Shown here piece after piece: positions 37,580-46,347 of a stretch of 64,000 nucleotides of DNA. Positions within the stretch are counted from its first letter, which is position 1, and the number at the start of each line of letters is the position of its first letter. The notes below the pieces were generated by a model. The model was given only the letters and a program-made list of their open reading frames with translations. It was not told the origin of the DNA and did not search any database. Source of the stretch: Acidobacteriota bacterium (GTDB lineage Bacteria; Acidobacteriota; CAIWXX01); NCBI GenBank assembly GCA_040755995.1, contig JBFMAF010000027.1:17392-81391 (forward strand), in the 5' to 3' direction. The position numbers and the translations under genes are program-made.

Positions 37580-38444
37580 GCGCGGCCTCCTCCCATCGTT
37601 CGTAGGCCTTCTGAAGCACGCGAATCGTGGCTACCTTAGCGAGATGCAGCCGGTACTCGGCGCTTCCTCGAAGATCCGAGATCGGCGTGAGCGAGCTGGA
37701 GACGACGTCGGCGACCCGTTCCCACGTGGCCTTCTCCGGCCTCTGGCCCGCCGACACATCGCGGACGCCGGGCACCAGCAGCGGTACCGGGTGCGCGGCA
37801 GTCACAGCCACGCGAAGGTCCGTGATGAGCCCGCCGCTGACCTGGACTGCCCCTGCCACTCCGACGATCGCGATATTGACGGCCTCTCGCACGCCGAATT
37901 TCACGTAAGCCGAGCCCGGGTTGTGCTTCTTGAACGTGATCGACATGAGCAGCTCGTCCGGCCGCCTGGCGGTCTTTCGAGGCCCTTCGAAGAAGCTGTT
38001 CAACGGCACATCGCGCGCGCCTCCGGCGCTCTGAAGCCTCACCGCCGCGTCGTTGACGAGCAGCACCGGCGGGAAGTCAGCGCAGGCAGCCGCCGTGCAG
38101 AGGTTCCCGCCGATTGTCGCGCGGTTCCTGATCGGCGGAGTAGCCATCTGTGGAATGATGTCGCCGAATGCGGGGTTCGAGGCCGGCACGGCCGAATTGG
38201 AGACGGCCGTGACGGTGTTGCCTGCCCCGACCGTGCAACGGTCGCCGCCGGTCTCCATCACCCTGAGCTCCGCAAGATCGCGCAACGAGAGCAGCGCCGG
38301 CGGCAGAAGCCTGCCTTCCTTCATCAGCACGATCAGATCGGTGCCCCCGGCGAGCGGCCGCACGGCCTCCCGCTTCTCCGCGAGCAGCTCCAGGGCCTCT
38401 TTGGTCGTGCCGGGGCGGAAGTACTCGAACGGAGGCAGAATCAT
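37572..38444 (-). CDS. FAD-binding subunit of the molybdoenzyme (HcrB/CoxM-like)
   Basis: MILPPFEYFRP, AGGTDL, IRNRATIGGNL, ISDLRGSAEYR; start reassigned to 38444 (4-bp overlap with the had stop). Confidence 0.88.
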   Translation of the reverse strand: MILPPFEYFRPGTTKEALELLAEKREAVRPLAGGTDLIVLMKEGRLLPPALLSLRDLAELRVMETGGDRCTVGAGNTVTAVSNSAVPASNPAFGDIIPQMATPPIRNRATIGGNLCTAAACADFPPVLLVNDAAVRLQSAGGARDVPLNSFFEGPRKTARRPDELLMSITFKKHNPGSAYVKFGVREAVNIAIVGVAGAVQVSGGLITDLRVAVTAAHPVPLLVPGVRDVSAGQRPEKATWERVADVVSSSLTPISDLRGSAEYRLHLAKVATIRVLQKAYERWEEAAHA

Positions 38445-39463
38445 GGCATCACGATCAGGTTGCGGATGACAGGCTTTCCCTCTCGCAGATCGTTCATGGC
38501 GGTGTTGATGTCTTCGATCTTGTAGCGATTGGTCACCAGCGGCTCCAGCGCCACTTTCCCGCGCGCCACCAGATTCACGATTCGATGATAGTCCAGCGGC
38601 CTGCAGCCCAGCGAGCCGCGGATCTCCATCTCCCTGAACATGATCCTGGACGCCGGAAGCGGCAGGTCCTCGGCGCTGTAACCCACCATCACGAACCGGC
38701 CGCCGGTCTTGAGGACCGACATCGCCTGCAGCATGACGGCCGGCTTTCCGATTGCTTCGAACGCAACGTCGCAGGCACCCGCCCTCTTGCGGATCGTCTT
38801 GACCAGGTTCTGGTCCTTCGCGTCGAAGACGTCGTGGGCGCCGAGCTTCTTCGCGAGCGCCAGCTTTTCCTCGCTGATGTCCACGGCCAGGACCTGCGCG
38901 CCGGCGAGCACCGCGAACTGCACGACGTTGATCCCGACGCCTCCGCATCCGAAGACGATCGCGACCTGCCCCGGCCGGACCTCGCCTCTGTTCACCACGG
39001 CATGGAACGGAGTCGAGAGCGCATCGGCGATGATCGCCGAGCTGTCGAGCGGCAGCTGTGCCGGCAGCGGGATCAGGTCCTTCGGCGGCACCGCCACGTA
39101 CTCCGCGTACCCGCCGTGGACATGGTTGCCGAGCATCACCATTTTTTCACAGATGTTCTCTCTGCCCTGTCGGCACGCCTCGCACTTGCCGCAGGTCAGC
39201 ACGGCGGGGATGATCACGCGATCGCCCTCTTTCCAGCCGGTGACGTTGGGTCCCAGCTTGCTGATCGTCCCGCTGATTTCGTGACCGAGAATCACGGGCG
39301 GCTCCTTGAAGGTCGGAGTGCCGTGATCCAGGTAGTGCAGATCGGTGTGGCACACGCCGCACGCCGCGACCTTCACCAGCACCTCGCCCTCGCGCGGCTC
39401 CGGCGCCGCCACGTCCTCCACGCGCATGTTCTTCTCGCCCTTGTAGTAAAAAGCCGCTTTCAT
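38441..39463 (-). CDS. had: Zn-dependent dehydrogenase, probable 6-hydroxycyclohex-1-ene-1-carbonyl-CoA dehydrogenase
   Basis: CGVCHTDL, LGHEISG, CGKCEAC...C, ADALSTPF, GCGGVG; co-operonic with dch and oah. Confidence 0.7.
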   Translation of the reverse strand: MKAAFYYKGEKNMRVEDVAAPEPREGEVLVKVAACGVCHTDLHYLDHGTPTFKEPPVILGHEISGTISKLGPNVTGWKEGDRVIIPAVLTCGKCEACRQGRENICEKMVMLGNHVHGGYAEYVAVPPKDLIPLPAQLPLDSSAIIADALSTPFHAVVNRGEVRPGQVAIVFGCGGVGINVVQFAVLAGAQVLAVDISEEKLALAKKLGAHDVFDAKDQNLVKTIRKRAGACDVAFEAIGKPAVMLQAMSVLKTGGRFVMVGYSAEDLPLPASRIMFREMEIRGSLGCRPLDYHRIVNLVARGKVALEPLVTNRYKIEDINTAMNDLREGKPVIRNLIVMP

Positions 39464-40257
39464 GAATTCCTCCCTTTGAGATGTCTGAAGATGGCTTCCA
39501 TGACGCCACCAGCCACTGCATTCGCCTTGTCCGAAACAGTGAAGCAGTATTCTCTCCTGTCTCGGGGGTCGATGTCACCGACTTTCCGGCCGGCGTCCAC
39601 TACTGTTCCCGGATGGAGCATCCCGCGGACGACTCCCGATATCGATGCACAGATCTTCGATCCGCTCACTTCGGCGACGAGCGCTCCATACTCCACGTGT
39701 TCGCCGATCGTGACCAGCGGCACGAACGTGCCCGAAGCCGGTGCGCGCAGAACCCGCTCGGCGCCGTACCCGCAGACCTGCTCTGGGATGCTGGTGTCTT
39801 CCTGTGCGGAGCCCTTCCAGATTACCCTGCCGAGATCGTGCCCGCGTTGCGTCTCGATTACTGCGTGGCAGTCCGCACCCGCCTGGAAGCCTGGGCCGAC
39901 GCCGATGACAAGCCGGGCCAGGCTGATGTTGCTCTCACCTGCCGGCCGCTTGAGCATCCGAGCGTCCACGAGCACGTCCGGATGCCAGCTTCGGACGGTA
40001 GCTCCCGTCTCGTCGACGATGACCGGTATGAAGGCCTGTGGGCACTCGGGGCACGCGTCGCACCGCCTCCCCATCACTCCCTCCACCTCCACCTCGCCCT
40101 CATGAACCGCCGTCGCGAACGACACCGTCCTGCGAATGGCCGTGGGATACGGACTCTCCAGTATCGCGACGAACATGCCTGAGAGATGCAGCCGGCGGGC
40201 AATCCCAGACGCGAGATCTCCACCGCCTCGCACCAGCACCTTTGTCGGCGTACTCAC
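39460..40257 (-). CDS. yqeB: YqeB family selenium-dependent molybdenum hydroxylase system protein
   Basis: VLVRGGGDLASG, AIRRTVSF, VIETQRGHDLGR, ERVLRAP, KVGDIDPR, SDKANAVAGGV. Confidence 0.85.
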   Translation of the reverse strand: MSTPTKVLVRGGGDLASGIARRLHLSGMFVAILESPYPTAIRRTVSFATAVHEGEVEVEGVMGRRCDACPECPQAFIPVIVDETGATVRSWHPDVLVDARMLKRPAGESNISLARLVIGVGPGFQAGADCHAVIETQRGHDLGRVIWKGSAQEDTSIPEQVCGYGAERVLRAPASGTFVPLVTIGEHVEYGALVAEVSGSKICASISGVVRGMLHPGTVVDAGRKVGDIDPRDRREYCFTVSDKANAVAGGVMEAIFRHLKGRNS

Positions 40258-40295
40258 GGCTTTTCAGGACTCGCCGCGCCATTGCATCCGCGTAC

Positions 40296-40325
40296 GAAAC
40301 GGCGAATCGGAGAAACGGCGAAACG
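40296..40325. repeat. short degenerate octamer tandem repeat
   Basis: GAAACGGC-GAATCGGA-GAAACGGC-GAAACG, reverse complement of the unit at 51093-51180. Confidence 0.6.
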
Positions 40326-40357
40326 AAGATCGCCACCGCACCACGCCACCCACGAGC

Positions 40358-41092
40358 CTATCCATTCTTCTCCCGGATCAGCTCGGCTGCGATGCTGATC
40401 GCGATCTCCCTGGGCGTGACGGCGTGAATCGGGAGACCCACCGGGACGTGGAGGTTCAGCCCCGCGGCATCGATGCCGCGTTTCGCCAGTTCCTCGACGA
40501 GCTTCTCGCCCTTCCGTTTCGACCCGATGACCCCCACGTAGCGCGGCCGGGTCTCCGCGAGCCGCACCAGGATCTTCATGTCGGTCTCGTGGTTCATGGT
40601 GAGCACGAGAACGAAGTCCGAGCGGCCGATTTCTGGGAACGGGCTCAGCGTGTCCCACGAGATCTTCTGCACGTCGAGCCCGGCGATGTCCTGGTCATGG
40701 GCGATCACGCATCGGAAGCCCGCGCTCGCAACGAGCTGCGACACTTCGCGACCGACGTGCCCGTAGCCGAAGATCCACACGGTCGCGGGTGGAAGGTACG
40801 GCTCGAAGAACACGGTGACCTCTCCGCCACACCACATCCCTGTTCCGCTCTCGGTGAGCTTGTACGAACGTAGAGCAGGCTTCCCCGAGGCGAGGCACTC
40901 GCGCGCGTCCGCCACCACATTCTGCTCCAGTCCGCCGCCACCAGCCGAGCCGACTGTGGCGCCGCCGGCCGGCACCAGGATCTTGAAGCCGGGCTTCGCC
41001 GGTGAGGAGCCGCGCACGTCGACCACCGTGGCCAAGACCATCGGCTCGGCGGGTTTCAGCAGACTCTGGAGGATCTCTACCTGTGCTTCCAT
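40358..41092 (-). CDS. xdhC: XdhC/CoxI family molybdenum cofactor chaperone
   Basis: LATVVDVRGSSP, GSAGGG, GMWCGG, IFGYGHVG, YVGVIGSKRK, PVGLPI, TPREIAISIAAE; start reassigned to 41092. Confidence 0.88.
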   Translation of the reverse strand: MEAQVEILQSLLKPAEPMVLATVVDVRGSSPAKPGFKILVPAGGATVGSAGGGGLEQNVVADARECLASGKPALRSYKLTESGTGMWCGGEVTVFFEPYLPPATVWIFGYGHVGREVSQLVASAGFRCVIAHDQDIAGLDVQKISWDTLSPFPEIGRSDFVLVLTMNHETDMKILVRLAETRPRYVGVIGSKRKGEKLVEELAKRGIDAAGLNLHVPVGLPIHAVTPREIAISIAAELIREKNG

Positions 41093-41820
41093 TCGGGCTT
41101 TCTCTTCTCCTTGAAGCTCGCCATCCCCTCCTTCACGTCCTCGATCTGGTAGAGCTCCTGAAGGAACATGCGGCGAAGGGTTTCGGTCGTACCTGCGCTC
41201 GGAGGTTCGACTGCACCTCTGAATGCCCGCTTCGCCAGCCTCAGGACCGGAATGCTCAGCCCGTTCATCCGTTCTTCGACACTCTTCCATTCGTCCCTGG
41301 TCGCAAGCTTCTGGACCAGGCCCATCGCATGGGCTCTGTCGGCCGTGATGGTCTCGCCAGTCAGGATCAAGTGCGCAGCGTTCTGTCGCGAGGTGAGCCG
41401 CGGAAGGTGGGCACAGGCCAGGGGCGGGAAGAAGGCAAGAGAGATCTCCGGGACGCCGAGGGTGGCTCCCGGGTCGGCGACGACGAAATCGCAGAAGTGG
41501 ACCAGCTCGAGGGCCCCTCCGAGGCATGCCCCGTGGATCATTGCAACGGACACCGCGGGCAGCCGGTCGAGCGCGTCGCAGGCATCCAGAAGCGCCCCGA
41601 TCATGTCTCCGGCCATCTCCTGCCGGTGCTCCTCCACCGAGGCGCCGGCCGAGAAGCACTTCCCGTTCCCAGAGAGCAGCACCGCCGCGAGGCTCTCGTC
41701 AATGGCGGCGCTCCTGAGCTGCTGAGCCAGCTCCTTCAGCAGCGCCGCCGTCAGGATGTTGACTGGCGGGTTGCTCAGCGCCAGGTGAAGTACTCGATCT
41801 TTCTTCTCTACGACGATCAT
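41077..41820 (-). CDS. dch: crotonase, probable cyclohexa-1,5-dienecarbonyl-CoA hydratase
   Basis: NPPVNIL, FSAGASVEEH, CLGGALEL, PEISLAFFPP, FLQELY...EG...F.EKRKP; start reassigned to 41820. Confidence 0.75.
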   Translation of the reverse strand: MIVVEKKDRVLHLALSNPPVNILTAALLKELAQQLRSAAIDESLAAVLLSGNGKCFSAGASVEEHRQEMAGDMIGALLDACDALDRLPAVSVAMIHGACLGGALELVHFCDFVVADPGATLGVPEISLAFFPPLACAHLPRLTSRQNAAHLILTGETITADRAHAMGLVQKLATRDEWKSVEERMNGLSIPVLRLAKRAFRGAVEPPSAGTTETLRRMFLQELYQIEDVKEGMASFKEKRKPEWKHR

Positions 41821-41902
41821 TGAAACCTCCGGTTGCAGGACGCGCCAGGCCGACTGGCTGCCACCGGCCTGCGCACCCGGACGGGCCCGCAGGCCGGGCG
41901 CG

Positions 41903-42946
41903 CTAGCCGATTCTCGCTCCGCACATGCCACAGAACCCGAAATGCTCGGGGATGCCCTTGGCGCCGCAGGCCGTGCAGTTCTTCGTGTAGGCACCGAACA
42001 GGAACTCGCTGCTCTTGTCGTCGCGAGCCCTCTCTCTCAGGCCGACATAGCGCGCCTTCCGCTTTTCGACGAAAGCGCTCATGCCTTCCCACGGCTCCAG
42101 TGCGCAGTAGTGGATGGACAGCCAATCCCGCGCATGACCCACGGTCTGGTACCAGGAAAGGTTCTTCCAGAAATTCGCCTGCTCCTTCGTGTACCTCGTG
42201 CACTCCGCGAACTTTTCCACGATCTGCTGGGCCATCTTGTTGACCTCTTCGTCCAGCGCGGAGAGATCGATAGTGTAGCCGTCCTGATCCTTCTGAGCCT
42301 TGTCGATCTGCTCCTTGCTCGCGCGCTGTACAAAGGCACCGTCCTTCTTCACCGACGGCACGACGCGGTTGACCAGCCCCCAGTCGAGCGCCTGGTAGGC
42401 GTTGATCCGCGGATTCAGATAGAGCATCTCCCTGGCCCGCTTGTCGCCGACGACCATCGGGAGCCACTGCGTGGCGCCTCCGCAGGCCACCGATCCGACG
42501 CTGGTCCCGACCTGCCCCACGTAAGCGTGCTCGGCCATCACCGTGAGGTCGCAGGCGAGCTGGCTCTCGTTGCCGCCGCCCACGGCCATGCCGTTGAGCC
42601 GCGCGATCGTGGGCTTGCCGCAGTTCAGGATGCTTTCGATGTACTCCTTGAAGAGACCCATGTACTTCCAGTAGTCCCTGGGTCGCGACGTGTACTCGGC
42701 CTGGTATTCTTTCACGTCCCCGCCGGTGCAGAACGCGCTCTTGCCCGCGCCCGTGTAGACGACCACGGCCACCGAATCGTCGAATGCCGCGTCGCGGAAT
42801 GCCGTCGCCAGCTCGATCAGCGCCGGAGTCGAGTAAGCGTTATAACGCTCCGGCCGATTGATCGTGATCCTGGCGATCCAGTCCTTCTTCTCGTACAGCA
42901 CCTCTTTGAATGCCAACGCTTCTGGCGATTTCCCTGTCAAAGGCAT
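41903..42946 (-). CDS. oah: ring-opening crotonase, 6-oxocyclohex-1-ene-1-carbonyl-CoA hydrolase (Oah/BamA)-like, with C-terminal zinc ribbon
   Basis: NAYST, FCTGGDVKEY..EY, KYMGLF, GSVACGGAT.WLP, VVPSVKKDG, IDLSALD; ends CTACG...FCGMCG. Confidence 0.65.
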   Translation of the reverse strand: MPLTGKSPEALAFKEVLYEKKDWIARITINRPERYNAYSTPALIELATAFRDAAFDDSVAVVVYTGAGKSAFCTGGDVKEYQAEYTSRPRDYWKYMGLFKEYIESILNCGKPTIARLNGMAVGGGNESQLACDLTVMAEHAYVGQVGTSVGSVACGGATQWLPMVVGDKRAREMLYLNPRINAYQALDWGLVNRVVPSVKKDGAFVQRASKEQIDKAQKDQDGYTIDLSALDEEVNKMAQQIVEKFAECTRYTKEQANFWKNLSWYQTVGHARDWLSIHYCALEPWEGMSAFVEKRKARYVGLRERARDDKSSEFLFGAYTKNCTACGAKGIPEHFGFCGMCGARIG

Positions 42947-42977
42947 GCTCGTGGCCTCCTGGTTGAATATGATTGAG

Positions 42978-44276
42978 TTATCTGTCCGCCCGGCCGGACG
43001 CGGAGCACCCAGCCGGTGTTGAAAAAACTCCGTTCGATTGCGGGGCGTCGTCCACTCGCCGCGCCTGGGGCGTGCCCGTTGTGCGCGCGTCGAGCTGCTC
43101 CTTGATCACCTGCGCCAGCCGCCCCACTCCTTCGCTGATGCGCTCCGGCGAGCAGTTCGAGAAGTTCAGCCGCATGGTGTTGTGCTGGCCACCAACCAGG
43201 GCAAAAGCCGACCCGGGGATGTAGGCCGTCTGCCGTGCCAACGCGGCCTCGAACATCTTCATGGTGTCGATCGACTCGGGGAGCCTGAGCCATAGGAACA
43301 GGCCGCCCTGAGGCACAGTCCACGTGGCCATGCCGCGGAGGTGGCGATCGAGCGCAGCCAACATCGTGTTCCGTCTCTCCCGGTTCGCCTCCCTGAGCTG
43401 CGCCAGGTAAGGCTCCAGGTGGCCCCGCGACATGAATTCGGCCACAACGCGCTGAATGAGCTGCGACGACTCCAGGTCGATCGCCTCGCGCAACGGGATG
43501 AATCGCTTGAGGATCTCCGGCGATGCGACGATCCAGCCGAGCCGCATCGCGGGTGCCATGATCTTGGAGAAAGACCCGACGTAGACGACCGCCCCCACCG
43601 CATCGTACGCCTTGATCGGTGCGGCCGCCGGGCCCTCGAAGCGCGACATCGAGTACGGATCATCCTCCACTATCGGCACTCCGTGGGTCGCCGCCATTTC
43701 AGCAATCCGCATCCGCTTCGCCACGGGCAGGCTCGCACCGAGCGGATTGTGAAAGTCGGGGACCACGATTCCGAAGCGCGGTCGAGGCTCACGCGCGAGC
43801 GCCTCCTCCAACGCGTCGACATCCACTCCTGTTTCTTCGTCCACCGGCACGGCACGTGCGGATGCCTCGTGCACCTGAGCGAGCTGTATGATTCCGGTGA
43901 AAGTGATCGATTCCAGCGCGATGACGTCGTTTGGATCCAGCAGCAACCGGGCGAGGATCTCCATGGCCTGCTGGGCGCCGCTCGTGATGAAGACGTTCTC
44001 GGCGCTGCAGGCAACCCCGCGGCTTCTCATATGGGCTGCGATGAGATCCAGCAGCGGCGTGTATGGCGGCCCGTACTGCAACGCACGCGCCCCGTCGCGC
44101 GTCAAGACGGCGTCGAAGCAGCTGTGGAGCTCCGCGACCGGCAGCCGATCGGTTGCCGGCAGCCCGCCGGCGAACGAGATGATGTCAGGGCGCACAGTCA
44201 GCGCGATCAGGTCGCGCATCACGCTTCGCCTCAGCGCGGTGGAGGCACGGGAGAACGAATAGGGAACGACATCCAT
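42978..44276 (-). CDS. PLP-dependent aminotransferase class I/II (LysN/MocR-type)
   Basis: ISFAGGLP, ITSGAQQA, PDFHNP, EDDPY, GSFSKIMAPAMRLGW, GGLFLW, RLNFS. Confidence 0.9.
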   Translation of the reverse strand: MDVVPYSFSRASTALRRSVMRDLIALTVRPDIISFAGGLPATDRLPVAELHSCFDAVLTRDGARALQYGPPYTPLLDLIAAHMRSRGVACSAENVFITSGAQQAMEILARLLLDPNDVIALESITFTGIIQLAQVHEASARAVPVDEETGVDVDALEEALAREPRPRFGIVVPDFHNPLGASLPVAKRMRIAEMAATHGVPIVEDDPYSMSRFEGPAAAPIKAYDAVGAVVYVGSFSKIMAPAMRLGWIVASPEILKRFIPLREAIDLESSQLIQRVVAEFMSRGHLEPYLAQLREANRERRNTMLAALDRHLRGMATWTVPQGGLFLWLRLPESIDTMKMFEAALARQTAYIPGSAFALVGGQHNTMRLNFSNCSPERISEGVGRLAQVIKEQLDARTTGTPQARRVDDAPQSNGVFSTPAGCSASGRADR

Positions 44277-44287
44277 GGCCGGGCGCA

Positions 44288-44316
44288 ATTATAGATGCAG
44301 CTGTGATCGCAGGCAA
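44288..44316 (-). promoter_or_regulatory. sigma70 promoter, near-leaderless, for the aminotransferase
   Basis: Minus strand TTGCCT-N17-TATAAT ending 11 nt before the ATG at 44276. Confidence 0.7.
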
Positions 44317-44464
44317 GGATAAGTTGGGACGACGGGTCGAGCCCGACGGAATCGCCGCGGAGCATCGAGGCCGCGATCGATGCCCTGTTGGTTGCCCGTC
44401 ACGATGCCGCGGCTCGGGCACCCCGCCGGTCCCAATCCGGCGCTAACGGCGCAAACCGCTGAGG

Positions 44465-44593
44465 GCCCTGGCCCGCGATAAGGCCGCAGGTGCAAGGCGC
44501 CGAGGAGCGAGGAGCGCAGCGTCCACCCTGGTACGTGAGCACCGCAGCGACGAAGGCAACGCAGCAGATGCGGCCTTAGCGCGGGATCAGGGC
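44465..44593. repeat. ~130-bp intergenic element with terminal inverted repeats (MITE/REP-like)
   Basis: Left arm GCCCTGGCCCGCGATAAGGCCGCA pairs with right arm TGCGGCCTTAGCGCGGGATCAGGGC; core TGCAAGGCG...GTACG...CAACGCAGCAGATG. Confidence 0.6.
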
Positions 44594-44661
44594 GGTCGCC
44601 CCTACTTGATCAGCGGCCTCAAAGCTGCTAGAAACACACGGCGGTAGAGGGAAGGAGAGCG

Positions 44662-46347
44662 ATGAAGAGCAGCGATCAGCGGCAGGCGAGCCTGGATTTC
44701 GGCGAGCCGGAGCCGCAGGCCCCATCAGCGGCCTCGAAGCCGGCGCCGCCGGCACCGGGATCCACGCGTCTGCCGCCGGCGCCCGTACGCGGGCATGCCC
44801 GTCGCGCTACGGCCGAGTCGATGGCCGAGCGCCAGCGGGACATCTCGGTCTCGGAGTTCTTCAGCAAGAACCGTCACCTGCTCGGGTTCGACAATCCTCA
44901 GAAGGCCCTCCTGACGGCAGTCAAGGAGGCGGTCGACAACTCTCTGGATGCCTGCGAGGAAGCCGGAATCCTTCCGGATCTGCTGATCGAGATCAGGCAG
45001 CTCTCCGAGACCCGCTTCGTGATGGGCGTCGAAGACAACGGGCCTGGGATCGTGAAGGCGCAGATCCCGAAGATCTTTGGAAAGCTGCTCTACGGTTCCA
45101 AGTTCCATACGCTCAAGCAGTCTCGCGGCCAGCAGGGGATCGGGATATCTGCGGCAGGCATGTACGGGCAGTTGACATCCGGCAAGCCCACGCGCATCTG
45201 GTCTCGGACGGGGCCTGACAAGCCGGCCCACCACTACGAGATCCGCATCGACACCCGGAAGAACGCTCCTGCCGTGGTGAGGGACGAGAAGGTGGACTGG
45301 GCCAGGCCTCATGGGACTCGAGTGGAGATCGAGATGGAGGGGACGTTCAAGAAGGGCCGCCGGTCAGTGGATGACTACGTGCAGCAGACGGCGCTCGCCA
45401 ACCCGCACGCCTCGATCCGTTACACCAACCCGGCGGGCGAGGAGGTCGTGTACGAGCGCGCGGCGTTGGAGCTTCCGGTCGAGCCCAGGGAGATCCGGCC
45501 GCATCCGTACGGTGTGGAGCTCGGCATGCTGCACCGCATCATCCACGAGAGCAGCGCCGGCAGCCTTCGGTCTGCGCTGCAGCGCGAGTTCTCACGGGTC
45601 TCCGAGAAAGTTTCGACCGAGATCCTCGGCAAGGCCGGCCTCTCGGGCGAGCTGCGCCCGCGCAATGTGTCGATGGTGGATGCCGAGGGGCTGATGCGCG
45701 CCGTTCAGCAGGTCAAGATCATGGCGCCGCCGACCACCTGCCTCTCGCCGATCGGCGAGGAGCTGATTCTCAGCGGCATGCGGGCGCGTCTCAAGGCGGA
45801 CTTCTACACATCCACGTCGCGGCCGCCGGCGGTCTACCGCGGGAATCCGTTCCAGATCGAGGTCGGGCTTGCGTACGGTGGGGAGCTGCCGGCGGAGGAG
45901 CCGATGGAGCTGTTCCGGGTGGCCAACCGGGCGCCGCTGCAGTACCAGCAGTCGGCGTGTGCAATCTTCCGGGCGGCCCTGACCACCGACTGGCGCAACT
46001 ACGGGCTCCAGCAGCCCAAAGGATCGCTGCCCGTCGGCCCCGTCGCGCTCTTCGTTCACATGGCGTCGGTGTGGGTGCCGTTTACATCCGAGAGCAAGGA
46101 GGCCATTGCGCACTATCCCGAGATCATCCGGGAGATGCGGCTGGGCATCCAGGAATGTGCGCGGCGCCTGGCCTCGCACGTGAGGCATCGGAGGCGGCAG
46201 GTGGAGGAGTCCAAGAAGCGGTCCTACATCGAGAAGTTCATCCCGCACATCGGGGTCGCCCTGCAGGAGATACTCGCGCTCACCGATCGGCAGCAGCGGG
46301 AGGTCGTCGTGGTGCTGACCGACACGCTCCAGCGGTCACGAGGCTAG
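44662..46347 (+). CDS. top6B: DNA topoisomerase VI subunit B
   Basis: [71 protein letters not shown]. Confidence 0.95.
   Translation: MKSSDQRQASLDFGEPEPQAPSAASKPAPPAPGSTRLPPAPVRGHARRATAESMAERQRDISVSEFFSKNRHLLGFDNPQKALLTAVKEAVDNSLDACEEAGILPDLLIEIRQLSETRFVMGVEDNGPGIVKAQIPKIFGKLLYGSKFHTLKQSRGQQGIGISAAGMYGQLTSGKPTRIWSRTGPDKPAHHYEIRIDTRKNAPAVVRDEKVDWARPHGTRVEIEMEGTFKKGRRSVDDYVQQTALANPHASIRYTNPAGEEVVYERAALELPVEPREIRPHPYGVELGMLHRIIHESSAGSLRSALQREFSRVSEKVSTEILGKAGLSGELRPRNVSMVDAEGLMRAVQQVKIMAPPTTCLSPIGEELILSGMRARLKADFYTSTSRPPAVYRGNPFQIEVGLAYGGELPAEEPMELFRVANRAPLQYQQSACAIFRAALTTDWRNYGLQQPKGSLPVGPVALFVHMASVWVPFTSESKEAIAHYPEIIREMRLGIQECARRLASHVRHRRRQVEESKKRSYIEKFIPHIGVALQEILALTDRQQREVVVVLTDTLQRSRG

Noticed and set aside
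44324..44435. Lysine or other riboswitch controlling the aminotransferase
   Set aside because: No riboswitch consensus recognised, and a sigma70 promoter lies between the hairpin and the gene
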